Source of the DNA: Candidatus Eiseniibacteriota bacterium
Lineage (GTDB): Bacteria; Eisenbacteria; RBG-16-71-46
Direction: 5' to 3'
Length of the DNA stretch: 64,000 bases
NCBI GenBank assembly: GCA_963744995.1
Contig: CAVUWA010000002.1
Span: 832,001 to 896,000, forward strand
The position numbers and the translations under genes are program-made. This document shows positions 34,504 through 43,725 of the stretch, piece after piece. The notes beneath the pieces are model-generated. The model was not told the origin of the DNA. It was given only the letters and a program-made list of their open reading frames with translations, and did no database searches. How positions within the stretch are numbered: position 1 is the stretch's first letter; each line of letters starts with the position of its first letter.

Positions 34504-36478
34504 GGCGCGCTCCCTCTCCGAGGTGCATCGCACCGTTCACCTGCCGAAGGCCGGCAGCTGGATCCGGCGCCTGTTCGCGTTCGCGGGGCCCGCCTATCTG
34601 GTGAGCGTCGGGTACATGGATCCGGGCAACTGGGCCACCGATCTCGCCGGCGGCTCGCGCTTCGGCTACCAGCTGATCTGGGTCCTGCTGATGAGCAACC
34701 TGATGGCGGTGCTGCTGCAGACGCTGGCGGCGCGCCTCGGCGTCGTGACCGGCAAGGACCTCGCCCAGGCGTGCCGCGACTACTATCCGTCCGCGCTCGC
34801 CATTCCGCTGTGGCTGGTGTGCGAGGTCGCCATCGTCGCGTGCGATCTCGCCGAGGTGCTGGGCGCCGCGATCGGCCTGCATCTGCTGTTCGGCATTCCG
34901 CTCCTCGTCGGGGTGCTGATCACCGCGCTGGACGTACTGATTCTGCTCGCCCTTTCGCGGCTCGGCATGCGGCGCATGGAAGCGTTCATCGTCTCATTGA
35001 TCGCCACGATGGGGATCTGCTTCGCGATCGAGATGGTGCTGTCGCGCCCGGATCTCGCAGCGATCTTCGCGCACCTCATCCCGCGCGGCGCCGACGGCGC
35101 GATCAGCCTGTTCGCGCGCGGCGACGGCGGCGTGTCGGTGCTCGGACTCCGCGGCGAGTCCCTCTACATCGCGATCGGAATCCTCGGCGCGACGGTGATG
35201 CCCCACAATCTCTATCTGCACAGCTCGCTCGTACAGAGCCGTGCCGTCGAGCACTCGGTGGAGGGCAAGCGCGAGGCGTGCCGCATGAACCTCGTCGACT
35301 CGGCCGTCGCGCTCAACGCCGCGTTCTTCGTGAACGCCGCGATCCTGGTGCTCGCCGCTGCGGTGTTCCATACCAGCGGCCATCAGGACGTCGCCCGCAT
35401 CGAGGACGCGCACGAGCTGCTCGCGCCGCTGCTCGGCACCTCGGTGGCATCGGTGTTGTTCGCCGTGGCGCTGCTCGCCTCCGGGCAGTCGAGCACGATC
35501 ACCGGCACGCTCGCCGGGCAGATCGTCATGGAAGGTTTCCTGCGCGTGCGCATCCGCCCGTGGCTGCGGAGGCTGATCAGCCGCGGCCTCGCGATCGTGC
35601 CGGCGGTCGCGTTCATCGCCTGGAAGGGCACCCACGCGGTGGACGAGCTGCTGGTGCTGTCGCAGGTCGTGCTGAGCCTGCAACTCTCGTTCGCCGTGAT
35701 TCCGCTCGTCACGTTCACGTCCGATCGCCGGAAGATGGGCGAGTTCGCAAGCCCGATGTGGGTGCTCGCGCTGGCCGTGGTCGTCACCACGATCATCGTC
35801 GGCCTCAACGTTCATCTCGTGATCCAGGAAATGAGCGGCTGGTTCGCGAACGCGGGGCCGAACGCCGTGTGGCTGTGGGTGCTGGTGGTCCCGCCGGTGG
35901 TCTACCTGTTCGGCGTGCTCCTCTACCTGCTCGGCGCACCGCTGCTGGGCATCCTCAGGCGCGTCGGGCAACCGGAGCCGGTCGCGCCGGAGCCGGCCGC
36001 CGTGGCCGCCGCCATGGCGGGCACGGTGGTGCGTCCGGCCGAGGGCGACGCGACCCGGACCATCGCCGTCGCGCTCGAGCTCGGACCGGCGGATGAACCC
36101 GTGCTCGCGCGCGTGCGGAGCACCGAGCTCACGACGCGCACGCGCCTCGTGCTCATGCACGTCGTCGAGAGCGCCGCGGGCCGCTACCTCGGCGCCGAGA
36201 GTTCGGACCTCGAAGCGCGCGAGGACCGCGAACGGATGGAGGCGATCGCGGCGCCGTTCCGCGCGGCGGGCATTCCGACCGGCGTGCAGCTCGGCTACGG
36301 CGATCCGGCCGCCGAGCTGGCCCGGCTCGTGAATCAGGAGAACGCCGACATGGTGATCGCCGGCTCGCACGGCCACGGTCCGATCGGCGACATGCTGTAC
36401 GGCGCGACGACTTCGGCGCTGCGCCACCGCGTGCGGGTGCCCGTGCTCACCGTGCCGCAGGAGGAACCGCAGGGCTGA
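34487..36478 (+). CDS. mntH: NRAMP Mn2+/Fe2+ transporter with a C-terminal USP domain
   Basis: YMDPGNW, GATVMPHNLYLHS, QSSTITGTLAGQ; USP motifs LMHVVE, GSHGHG..D.LYG.T. Confidence 0.95.
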   Translation: MPKHHEARSLSEVHRTVHLPKAGSWIRRLFAFAGPAYLVSVGYMDPGNWATDLAGGSRFGYQLIWVLLMSNLMAVLLQTLAARLGVVTGKDLAQACRDYYPSALAIPLWLVCEVAIVACDLAEVLGAAIGLHLLFGIPLLVGVLITALDVLILLALSRLGMRRMEAFIVSLIATMGICFAIEMVLSRPDLAAIFAHLIPRGADGAISLFARGDGGVSVLGLRGESLYIAIGILGATVMPHNLYLHSSLVQSRAVEHSVEGKREACRMNLVDSAVALNAAFFVNAAILVLAAAVFHTSGHQDVARIEDAHELLAPLLGTSVASVLFAVALLASGQSSTITGTLAGQIVMEGFLRVRIRPWLRRLISRGLAIVPAVAFIAWKGTHAVDELLVLSQVVLSLQLSFAVIPLVTFTSDRRKMGEFASPMWVLALAVVVTTIIVGLNVHLVIQEMSGWFANAGPNAVWLWVLVVPPVVYLFGVLLYLLGAPLLGILRRVGQPEPVAPEPAAVAAAMAGTVVRPAEGDATRTIAVALELGPADEPVLARVRSTELTTRTRLVLMHVVESAAGRYLGAESSDLEAREDRERMEAIAAPFRAAGIPTGVQLGYGDPAAELARLVNQENADMVIAGSHGHGPIGDMLYGATTSALRHRVRVPVLTVPQEEPQG

Positions 36479-36696
36479 GGTCAGCGCCGGGGCGCGGGCG
36501 ACCGGCGGGCTCCGGTTCGGCCCCGTTCGGCTGCGACCCGGCGACGGGCCCGGGCGGGCCGCGCCCCGAAGCCGTTGCCGTGCTGCCTGTTGGGCCCGTG
36601 GGCAAGCGCAGGGAAGGCGCATCGGTGGCGCACGGCGGTCCGTTTGGCGAAGCGGGCGGGCCCGACTATGATGCGCCGGTCCATGAATCCCGCCGC

Positions 36697-37212
36697 ATGC
36701 CATCGACTCCCGGAATCCACCGCGACGTGACCGATCGTCTCCTGCACGGCTGCCTCGACGCGTCCGTGGCCGATGTCGTCGACGCGGGCATCGAGCTTCT
36801 CCCGGATTTCGAGCTCGCCGCCATTCCGGTCCTCGACAACGCCGAGCGGCCGGGCGAATGGCCGCTCGTGCGCCGCCGCCTGCGCGCCGAGGGCATCCGC
36901 GCCTCGATCCACCGCGGCGTGCTGCTGCTCGAGCCCGGCGAGCTCGACCAGTTCGCCTCCGTAGGCCTGTTCGGCGGCTCGGACGAGCTCTACTTCTGCT
37001 CCGACTGGAACGACGAGTTCGAGAGCTTCCCCGGACGCATCACCAGCGACGTCCAGAACTTCGAGGAAGGCACACCGCTCGGTCTCGAAGAGTGGATGAT
37101 CGACACCGGCTGCCTGCTGGCGCTCGGCGACGGCGCCGGACTCAACTACGCCACGCTCGACACCATCATCGCGGAGCGGCTGCGCGCCAGGTTCCGCCCG
37201 ATCCGGCGCTGA
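36697..37212 (+). CDS. Hypothetical acidic protein
   Basis: Coding-like codon usage; ends 7 nt before the next gene; no family recognised; start uncertain. Confidence 0.7.
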   Translation: MPSTPGIHRDVTDRLLHGCLDASVADVVDAGIELLPDFELAAIPVLDNAERPGEWPLVRRRLRAEGIRASIHRGVLLLEPGELDQFASVGLFGGSDELYFCSDWNDEFESFPGRITSDVQNFEEGTPLGLEEWMIDTGCLLALGDGAGLNYATLDTIIAERLRARFRPIRR

Positions 37213-37219
37213 CCCCCGC

Positions 37220-37885
37220 ATGAGCGAAGCATCCGCTTCGCGCCTCACCCGCGTGGATCTCGCGGGCCCCGCGGGCACGCTCGAGGCCATCCTTTCCGAA
37301 CACCGTGGCGATCCGCCGGCGTTCGTTGCGGTCGTCTGCCACCCGCATCCGCTCTACGGCGGCACGATGCACAACAAGGTCGTGCATCGGGTCGCGTCGG
37401 TCCTGCATCAGCTCGGCGCTTCGGTGCTGCGGTTCAACTTCCGCGGCGCCGGGCACAGCGAGGGCGTGCACGATCAGGGCATCGGCGAACTCGAGGATGC
37501 GCGCGCCGCGCTCGCCTGGATGCGTGACCGCTATCCGGGCACGCGCCGCTGGCTCGCCGGCTTTTCGTTCGGCTCGTGGGTGGCGGCGCGGCTCGCCGCG
37601 GGCGAGGCCGACGTCGAGCAGCTGATCCTGATCGCGCCGCCGGTGACGCGCTCCGGATTCCAGGTGCTGAAGTCCTCGACGGTGCCGAAGCTCGTCGTAC
37701 AGGGCACCGCCGACGACGTGTGCCCGCTCGAGGCGCTGGAGACGCAGTTCCCCTCGTGGTCCGAACCCAAACGGCTGATCACGATCGAGGCCGCGGGCCA
37801 CTTCTTCGACCGGCAACTGACGCCGCTCGGCGAGGCGCTGCTGGGCGCGCTCGGCGACGTGGCCCGCGGCGGCCCCCGCGGCTGA
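37220..37885 (+). CDS. Alpha/beta hydrolase
   Basis: CHPHPLYGGTMHNKVV, RFNFRG, GFSFG nucleophile, QGTADD, AGHFF. Confidence 0.92.
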   Translation: MSEASASRLTRVDLAGPAGTLEAILSEHRGDPPAFVAVVCHPHPLYGGTMHNKVVHRVASVLHQLGASVLRFNFRGAGHSEGVHDQGIGELEDARAALAWMRDRYPGTRRWLAGFSFGSWVAARLAAGEADVEQLILIAPPVTRSGFQVLKSSTVPKLVVQGTADDVCPLEALETQFPSWSEPKRLITIEAAGHFFDRQLTPLGEALLGALGDVARGGPRG

Positions 37886-37989
37886 CGCGCCTCGCGCGAG
37901 CAGGATCGGCGCTTCACGGCGGGTGCGCCCCGCCGGGTCCGCACGGCGCCGCGCCGCGTTCGCGAGGTTCCGCAGCGATGCGCCCCGGA

Positions 37990-38913
37990 TCAGCCGGGCG
38001 CGCGCAGCCCGGCACCCTCGGTCTGCGTGCCGCGTTCCTCCTCGTGGCCCGGCTCCACGTGGACGACGACGTCGCTCACGTCGGGCCAGCGGCGGCGCAG
38101 GCGCTGCTCGACCCGATGTCCGATCGCATGCGCTTCTGCGATTTCCATGTGAGGGTCCACCAGCACGTGCAGGTCGATGTGGATGTCGTCCTCCGCACCA
38201 CGCGAGCGGACGTTGTGGGCTTCGAAGACGCCCGGCTCGGCCACGGCCTCGGCTTCGATCTCGCCGGGCGGGATGCGCCGCTCGTCGGCGAGCGTCGCGA
38301 AGGTGCTGCGCAGGATGCCGGCCGCGGCACGCAGGATGAACACGATCACCACCGCGGCGGCGATGCCGTCCGCCCAGCCGATGTTCCAGCGCGCGGCGAG
38401 GAAGCTCACCAGCACCACCAGGCTGACCAGCACGTCGCTGGCGGTGTGCGCGGCGTCGGAGCGCAGGATCTCGCTTCTCAGCCGCTTGCCCTCGCGGCGC
38501 TCCAGCCAGACCACGAACAGATTGATGCTGATCGTGACGCCGAGGATCCAGAAACCGGCCGGGGTGATGTCGGGAAGGTGTGGATGGAACAGCCGCAGCG
38601 CGGCGCTGCGGCCGATCTCCCAGCATGCGATCATCAGCAGCATGACGATGCCGAGTGCGGCGAACGTTTCGTACTTGCGGTGGCCGTAGGGATGATCCGC
38701 ATCCGGCGGCCGGTGGGCGAGCGCGATGCCGACGAGCGCGATGACGTTCGACGAGCCGTCCAGCGCGGAGTGAACGCCGTCCGCACTCATGGCGAGCGCT
38801 CCGGAGATCTGCCCGTAGGCGACCTTTGCGGCAGCCACCAACAGGTTGAGCGCGAGCACGCCCCACAGGACGCGTACGATTTCGCGCCGGCGAACGACGG
38901 CCCGTTCGTTCAC
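37990..38913 (-). CDS. Cation diffusion facilitator (FieF-like)
   Basis: ADGVHSALD, PPDADHPYGHRKYE, DAAHTASD, DLHVLV, VVVHVEP; GTG 38913 with GGGAGG. Confidence 0.93.
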   Translation of the reverse strand: MNERAVVRRREIVRVLWGVLALNLLVAAAKVAYGQISGALAMSADGVHSALDGSSNVIALVGIALAHRPPDADHPYGHRKYETFAALGIVMLLMIACWEIGRSAALRLFHPHLPDITPAGFWILGVTISINLFVVWLERREGKRLRSEILRSDAAHTASDVLVSLVVLVSFLAARWNIGWADGIAAAVVIVFILRAAAGILRSTFATLADERRIPPGEIEAEAVAEPGVFEAHNVRSRGAEDDIHIDLHVLVDPHMEIAEAHAIGHRVEQRLRRRWPDVSDVVVHVEPGHEEERGTQTEGAGLRAPG

Positions 38914-38935
38914 GATGTCCCTCCCCGCATCGCCC

Positions 38936-40387
38936 TCATGGATGGAACCGTACGTCCTCATGAGCGGCTTTGCACGGCGGCGCGGTGGGGACGGGTCCCC
39001 CTGCGGCGCAGTCGGGCAGACGTTCGTACTCGTCGCGCCTGAGCCAGACCACGGGCCGGCCCGTGGTCCAGGCGGTGAAGTCCGGCCTGTCCGAGAACAT
39101 CGGACCTGCCGCCGTCCCGGCGTGCATGCGCACGAGCGCAGCACGCTCCTCGGCGAGCGCGGCCCGCGCGGGGCCCGCTTCCCTGGCGGCCGTCCGCCAT
39201 GCCGCGGCCGCCGAAGGGAGCGCCAGCAGCGCCAGCAGCGCGATCCAGACCCGTGGCTCGGGCACCGGACGTGGCAGGCGCGCCGCGAGCCAGGCGGCCC
39301 CGGCGGCGGCCGCCACCGACCAGAGCGGCAGGAACGATGCGAGATAGCGCGCGTCGGCCACGGTGAGGATCATCACCGCGATCGGAATCAGCGCCGCGAC
39401 CCCCGTCCACAGCGCCACGCGCGCGAGCCGCCGGTCGCGCAGCGCCACCAGTCCACCGAGCAGCGCCAGCACGCCGGTGGCCGCGGTCGGTGCGGACAGG
39501 ACCCGCTTCATGGCGCGCGGGAACGTCGCCGCCCACTTGGACGGCAGCTCCGGCAGCGCGTTCCACAGCGTCGCCGGCCATGCGTCGGGCGGGATGCGGA
39601 AGTCGCGCAGCACCGTGAGATCCGGGTACGCGCCGTGGTAGCCGATGACCAGGTAGGAAGACAGGTTGAAGAATGGCGACCCGACCGCCAGGGCGTGGTG
39701 GATCCACCAGGGCAGCGCCACCAGCGCGAACGCGGCGAGCGCGCGCCACGCGGCGCGTCCCGTCGCCGCGGCGAGCAGGGGCGCGAGCAGCAGGAATTCC
39801 GGACGTGCCAGGTAGCCGAGCCCCAGCAGCACGCCGGCGAGCGGTGCCGTCACCGCGCGCGGTGCGCCCGGCCGTGGTGCGATCAGAAGCGCCATCGCCG
39901 CGAACAGCACGGCGCCCGCCGAGAGCGCGATGTCGTGGTGCACCGCCTCGAGCGTGACGGGGGAGACCGTGTAGAGCAGCGCCGCCGCCACGCCGGCCGC
40001 GGGGTTCAGCAGCCGGCTCCCGAGCCGGAACGTGAGGGTCGCGGCCAGGACGGCGAAGGCCGCGCTCAGCCATGCCGCGTGATCCGGGAATGCCGTGCCG
40101 AACAGGGCGATCGCACCCGCGAAGATCCCGGGAAGCAACGGACCGTGGATGAGCAGGGGGACCCGGAACGCCTGATCGGCGAGACTCCAGAGCGGCGGAT
40201 GCAGGACCGTGGTGACGAAGCCGTCGCCGGCCAGCAGGTGGCGCGCCGCGACCGCGTACTCCCATGTATCGTCGAGCAGATTCGGGACACCGAGGCGAAA
40301 CAGGCCGAGGTCCGCACACCAGAACGCGGCGGCGGCCGCGGCCACGGCGATCCACCAGCGGCGCTGGAGCGGGGCGGAGGCTTGCAT
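38936..40387 (-). CDS. ArnT/PMT-like (GT-C) membrane glycosyltransferase
   Basis: DDTWEY after TM1, HGPLLP, GLGYLARPE, many TM segments, DARYL. Confidence 0.75.
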   Translation of the reverse strand: MQASAPLQRRWWIAVAAAAAAFWCADLGLFRLGVPNLLDDTWEYAVAARHLLAGDGFVTTVLHPPLWSLADQAFRVPLLIHGPLLPGIFAGAIALFGTAFPDHAAWLSAAFAVLAATLTFRLGSRLLNPAAGVAAALLYTVSPVTLEAVHHDIALSAGAVLFAAMALLIAPRPGAPRAVTAPLAGVLLGLGYLARPEFLLLAPLLAAATGRAAWRALAAFALVALPWWIHHALAVGSPFFNLSSYLVIGYHGAYPDLTVLRDFRIPPDAWPATLWNALPELPSKWAATFPRAMKRVLSAPTAATGVLALLGGLVALRDRRLARVALWTGVAALIPIAVMILTVADARYLASFLPLWSVAAAAGAAWLAARLPRPVPEPRVWIALLALLALPSAAAAWRTAAREAGPARAALAEERAALVRMHAGTAAGPMFSDRPDFTAWTTGRPVVWLRRDEYERLPDCAAGGPVPTAPPCKAAHEDVRFHP

Positions 40388-40496
40388 CGGAGGGGGACTT
40401 TTTCACGCGCTCCTGCAGCGGTCAAACGGCCGCGGTTCCCAGTCCGTGAAAGCGGCTGTTATAGTCTCGCGTCCTCTTTCGAAGTGGGAGCCGCGG

Positions 40497-41762
40497 GTGA
40501 ATCTGGACTGGCGACGCCTGAAAGCGGTCGTGATCGAGAGCGACGACTGGGGTCTCTGTGCGTGGTCCGCCGACGCGCATGCGCACCGCGTTCTCGCCGA
40601 CACGCCGGCGTACCGTCACCCCGCGGGGCGCCGGTACGGTGGTTCGACGCTCGAGTCGGCGGCCGACCTCGACGCCATGCGCGCGCTGCTCGAGGGCGTC
40701 CCGGGAGCGGGAGAGATCGCGCCGGTGCTGCAGGCCAACACCGTGATGGCGGCGCCCGACTACGCGCGGCTCCAACCGCCGCTGTTCGAAACCGAGTCGC
40801 TGCCGCTGACCCCGTTCCCGCACACGCCATCGCGCTGGCGCAGGCCCGGACTGGATGCGGCGCTCAAGCGCGCGATCGAGGCGGGAGTGTGGTGGCCCGA
40901 GCTGCACGGCCTTCATCATCTTCCCGAAGCCGCGTGGCTCACCGCGTTGCGTCGCAGCGAGCCGGACGCGCGGCGTGCGTTCGACCAGCAGTCGATGGTC
41001 TGCGCCGCGATCGAACACGGCGGCGAGTACGGCGCGTCCGAGCCGCTCGAGCTGCGCCGCGCGCGTCTGGCTCTCGCCGTGGAGAGGTTCCGCGAGCTGT
41101 TCGGTCGTGCGCCCGGCTCGTTCTGTCCGCCCGACTATCACTGGGATCCGTCGCTCGATCACGATGCGGAGACGCTCGGGCTCCACGTGTTCCAGGGCGC
41201 GGCCGAGTCGGCGGGCGCGCGCGCGCCGCGCTTCAGGAGGCTGTTCCATCGCTTCCGCTGGCCGCAGTTCGACGGCCGCCGCTTCCTGATGCCGCCGCGC
41301 ATCGCGTTCGAACCGCTGTCGTCCGACGGGCCTTCCGAGGCCCTCGGGGTCGAGCGCACCTGGCGCGCAGTGCAGGACGCATGGGGGCGCGGCCAGCCGG
41401 CGGTGGTGAGCACGCATCGGATGAACTACGTCCACCTGCAGCCGGGCTGGGCCGACGCCGGGCGCGCGGCACTGGCGGCCCTGCTCGAGCGGCTCGTGGC
41501 GGCGGGAGGGATGTTCCTCGTCGACGTGGAGGTGCGCGCCCTGCTCGAGCGCGGCTGGTCGCTGCGGCCGGTGGGCGGAAACAGCGCGGTGTTCCGCTAC
41601 TTCGGCGTGCCCGGAGAGCCGGTGACGCTGCCGGCGCCGCCGGGCGTGCACGGCGTCGAGGCGTCGCCCGGGACCACCGGGGCCCGGTTCGAGCCCGTGG
41701 AAGGCGGAATCAGCGCGCGCGTCAACGTCGGCAGCTATCGCCTGCGCTGGAACCCCGCATGA
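40497..41762 (+). CDS. Polysaccharide deacetylase-like protein
   Basis: VVIESDDWG, PELHGLHH, FCPPDY.W, VVSTHRMNY; extended -10 TGtTATAGT at 40457-40465. Confidence 0.65.
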   Translation: MNLDWRRLKAVVIESDDWGLCAWSADAHAHRVLADTPAYRHPAGRRYGGSTLESAADLDAMRALLEGVPGAGEIAPVLQANTVMAAPDYARLQPPLFETESLPLTPFPHTPSRWRRPGLDAALKRAIEAGVWWPELHGLHHLPEAAWLTALRRSEPDARRAFDQQSMVCAAIEHGGEYGASEPLELRRARLALAVERFRELFGRAPGSFCPPDYHWDPSLDHDAETLGLHVFQGAAESAGARAPRFRRLFHRFRWPQFDGRRFLMPPRIAFEPLSSDGPSEALGVERTWRAVQDAWGRGQPAVVSTHRMNYVHLQPGWADAGRAALAALLERLVAAGGMFLVDVEVRALLERGWSLRPVGGNSAVFRYFGVPGEPVTLPAPPGVHGVEASPGTTGARFEPVEGGISARVNVGSYRLRWNPA

Positions 41763-42487
41763 GCGCTGCGTGGCGGGAGCTGCAGCGGCAGCCGACGCGG
41801 AAGTGGGCATTCTGGCGCTTCAACTGGCTCGCCCGCCACAAGTTGATCCGGGCGCTCGAGCGCGTTCGCGGCCATGCGAGCGGCCGCCTGCTCGACGTCG
41901 GCTGCGGCTGGCGTCCGTTCGCGGCGGTGTTCGAGGGGCAGGTCGGGCACTACTGGGGAACGGATCTCAGGACTTCGAAGGACCTCGCCGGCGTGGCCCC
42001 GGATTTCTTCTCGCGCGGCGAGGCCCTGCCGGTGCGCGACGGCTCGCTCGACACCGTGCTCGGCCTGTCCATGCTGAGCTACGTCACGCGGCCGCGCCAC
42101 GTCATCGAGGAGACGTTCCGCGTCCTGCGGCCCGGCGGCACGCTGATCATGGAGTTCACGCAGATGGCGTCCGTGCTCGAGGGCGGCTACGACTACTTCC
42201 GCTACACCCGCTTCGGCGCCGAGGAGATGCTGCGGGACGCCGGCTTCGAGATCCTCGAGGTGATCCCGATCGGCGGCCTGTGGTCGCGCGTCGGACTGCA
42301 TCTCATCGGCCGGCTGAACCGGCTGAACCGGGGACCGCTGCGAGTCGTCACCGAGGTGCCGGTGCGGCTGGCATACGTGATCGTGCAACTCGGTTGCGAA
42401 GCGCTCGACCATCTGGTGCCGACGCCGCACGAACGGCTCGCCCACCTGGTCGTGGCACGCCGTCCGGGTCCGCTGCCCGCCCGTTGA
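41759..42487 (+). CDS. Class I SAM methyltransferase (type 11)
   Basis: LLDVGCG..PF, LPVRDGSLD, RVLRPGG, DYFRYT..G; ATGA-coupled. Confidence 0.85.
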   Translation: MSAAWRELQRQPTRKWAFWRFNWLARHKLIRALERVRGHASGRLLDVGCGWRPFAAVFEGQVGHYWGTDLRTSKDLAGVAPDFFSRGEALPVRDGSLDTVLGLSMLSYVTRPRHVIEETFRVLRPGGTLIMEFTQMASVLEGGYDYFRYTRFGAEEMLRDAGFEILEVIPIGGLWSRVGLHLIGRLNRLNRGPLRVVTEVPVRLAYVIVQLGCEALDHLVPTPHERLAHLVVARRPGPLPAR

Positions 42488-42513
42488 CCCCCTTGCGAAC
42501 CGGGTGCTAACGT
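42484..42513 (+). promoter_or_regulatory. Sigma70-type promoter
   Basis: TTGACC-N18-TAACGT with a TG extension. Confidence 0.45.
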
Positions 42514-42632
42514 TCGCGCGTGCTGCCCCGACCGCGTTTCCGTACCCGCCGCCGCCGTTCCGCCACTCCGGCCCGCGACCGCGAAGAACCACCGCCCGGG
42601 GCCGCCTTGCGCCCCCCGGGGACCTTCGTTTC

Positions 42633-43115
42633 ATGAGCCTCGATCCCATCCCGCAGGTCGGGATCAGCCGCGTCATCGGCCTGCTCGAGGTGCTCGACGA
42701 CGCGGGCGGCCGCTACGACATCTTCCGCCTCGCGCGCGACATCAACTACGAGTTCGGCGAGATCGTTCAGGTCATCAAGGCGGCCGAGATGCTGAACCTG
42801 GTGGTGACCCCCGGCGCCGACGTCGTGCTCACGGCCACCGGGAATTCGCTCCTGCGCGCCGAGGTCAACGAGCGCAAGAAGCTGCTGAAGAAGCAGCTCC
42901 GCCAGCTGCCGCTGTTCAAGACGATGGTCGAGACGCTCCTGCGCGCCGAAGACCATCGGGCGGATGAGGAGACCTTCCTCGAGATCCTCGCCCTGCACCT
43001 GCCTGCCGAGAACGCCGACTCGCTGCTCAAGACCGTCGTCGATTGGGGCCGTTACGCCGAGCTGCTCGGCTACAACCCGGACGACGAGCAGATCTACCTG
43101 GACCAGCCCGAGTAG
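42633..43115 (+). CDS. Stand-alone AAA-associated domain (C-terminal domain of NitT/TauT ABC ATPases)
   Basis: GLLEVL..GGR.D..LA, AAEML, V.LT..G, ERK, VVDWGRYAELLGY. Confidence 0.75.
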   Translation: MSLDPIPQVGISRVIGLLEVLDDAGGRYDIFRLARDINYEFGEIVQVIKAAEMLNLVVTPGADVVLTATGNSLLRAEVNERKKLLKKQLRQLPLFKTMVETLLRAEDHRADEETFLEILALHLPAENADSLLKTVVDWGRYAELLGYNPDDEQIYLDQPE

Positions 43116-43240
43116 CGCGCGGCCCCCGCCGCAGGGACCGGGCCCGCAGGCGCCCGGCGCACGGCACGGGAGCGAAGGAGACCGTCAGCCGTTTTCGCCG
43201 CGCCGCGGACCGGGGACCGCGGCGAGCCGCAGCGACGCAC

Positions 43241-43615
43241 CTACAGCGGCCGCGCCTGGTAGATGACCTCGTTCACCCCGTCCACCGTGAAGATGTGCTT
43301 CTGCACCATGGGGCCGCGCGGCACCCGGCCGCCGCGCCAGTGGAATTCGCCGGGCGCGTTCGTCCACTGCCAGATGAGCAGGAAGTCGGAATCGTTTGCG
43401 ACCTTGAACTTCATCTCCGCCTCTTCGCCGTCGGGCAGGGACTCTCGGACGAAGGTCTGGCCGTCGACGACCAGGCGTACGCGCTGCATGTCGCGTCCGG
43501 TCTGGTTGACGATGACGGCGGTGTGTCCGGGCTGGCGGTTGAGCAGTTGCGGGTAGTGATGCCACCCGTACCAGGCGGCGGCCGCCACGACGGCGAGCAG
43601 GATGAGTTTCTTCAT
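43241..43615 (-). CDS. Hypothetical membrane-anchored/secreted protein
   Basis: MKKLILLAVVAAAAWYGW anchor; GGAGG SD. Confidence 0.75.
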   Translation of the reverse strand: MKKLILLAVVAAAAWYGWHHYPQLLNRQPGHTAVIVNQTGRDMQRVRLVVDGQTFVRESLPDGEEAEMKFKVANDSDFLLIWQWTNAPGEFHWRGGRVPRGPMVQKHIFTVDGVNEVIYQARPL

Positions 43616-43725
43616 GGATCCCTCCGGTAGGACGTGCGGCGTCCTGCCGCACAGGAGTCGAAACTAGATCCATTCGGCGCGTGGGGCAAGGACCGGAATG
43701 CTTCGAAGCCGCGCGCCGTTCGCGG

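Noticed and set aside
38846..41758. 1213-aa + strand ORF 38846..42487
   Set aside because: Only the last 242 codons (methyltransferase from 41759) are real; the rest is an Arg/Gly-rich shadow of the GT-C gene and an off-frame overlap of the deacetylase
43629..43652. Two mutually exclusive hairpins next to the SD of the 43241..43615 gene
   Set aside because: The stems are only 6-7 bp in very GC-rich DNA and do not cover the SD; likely chance
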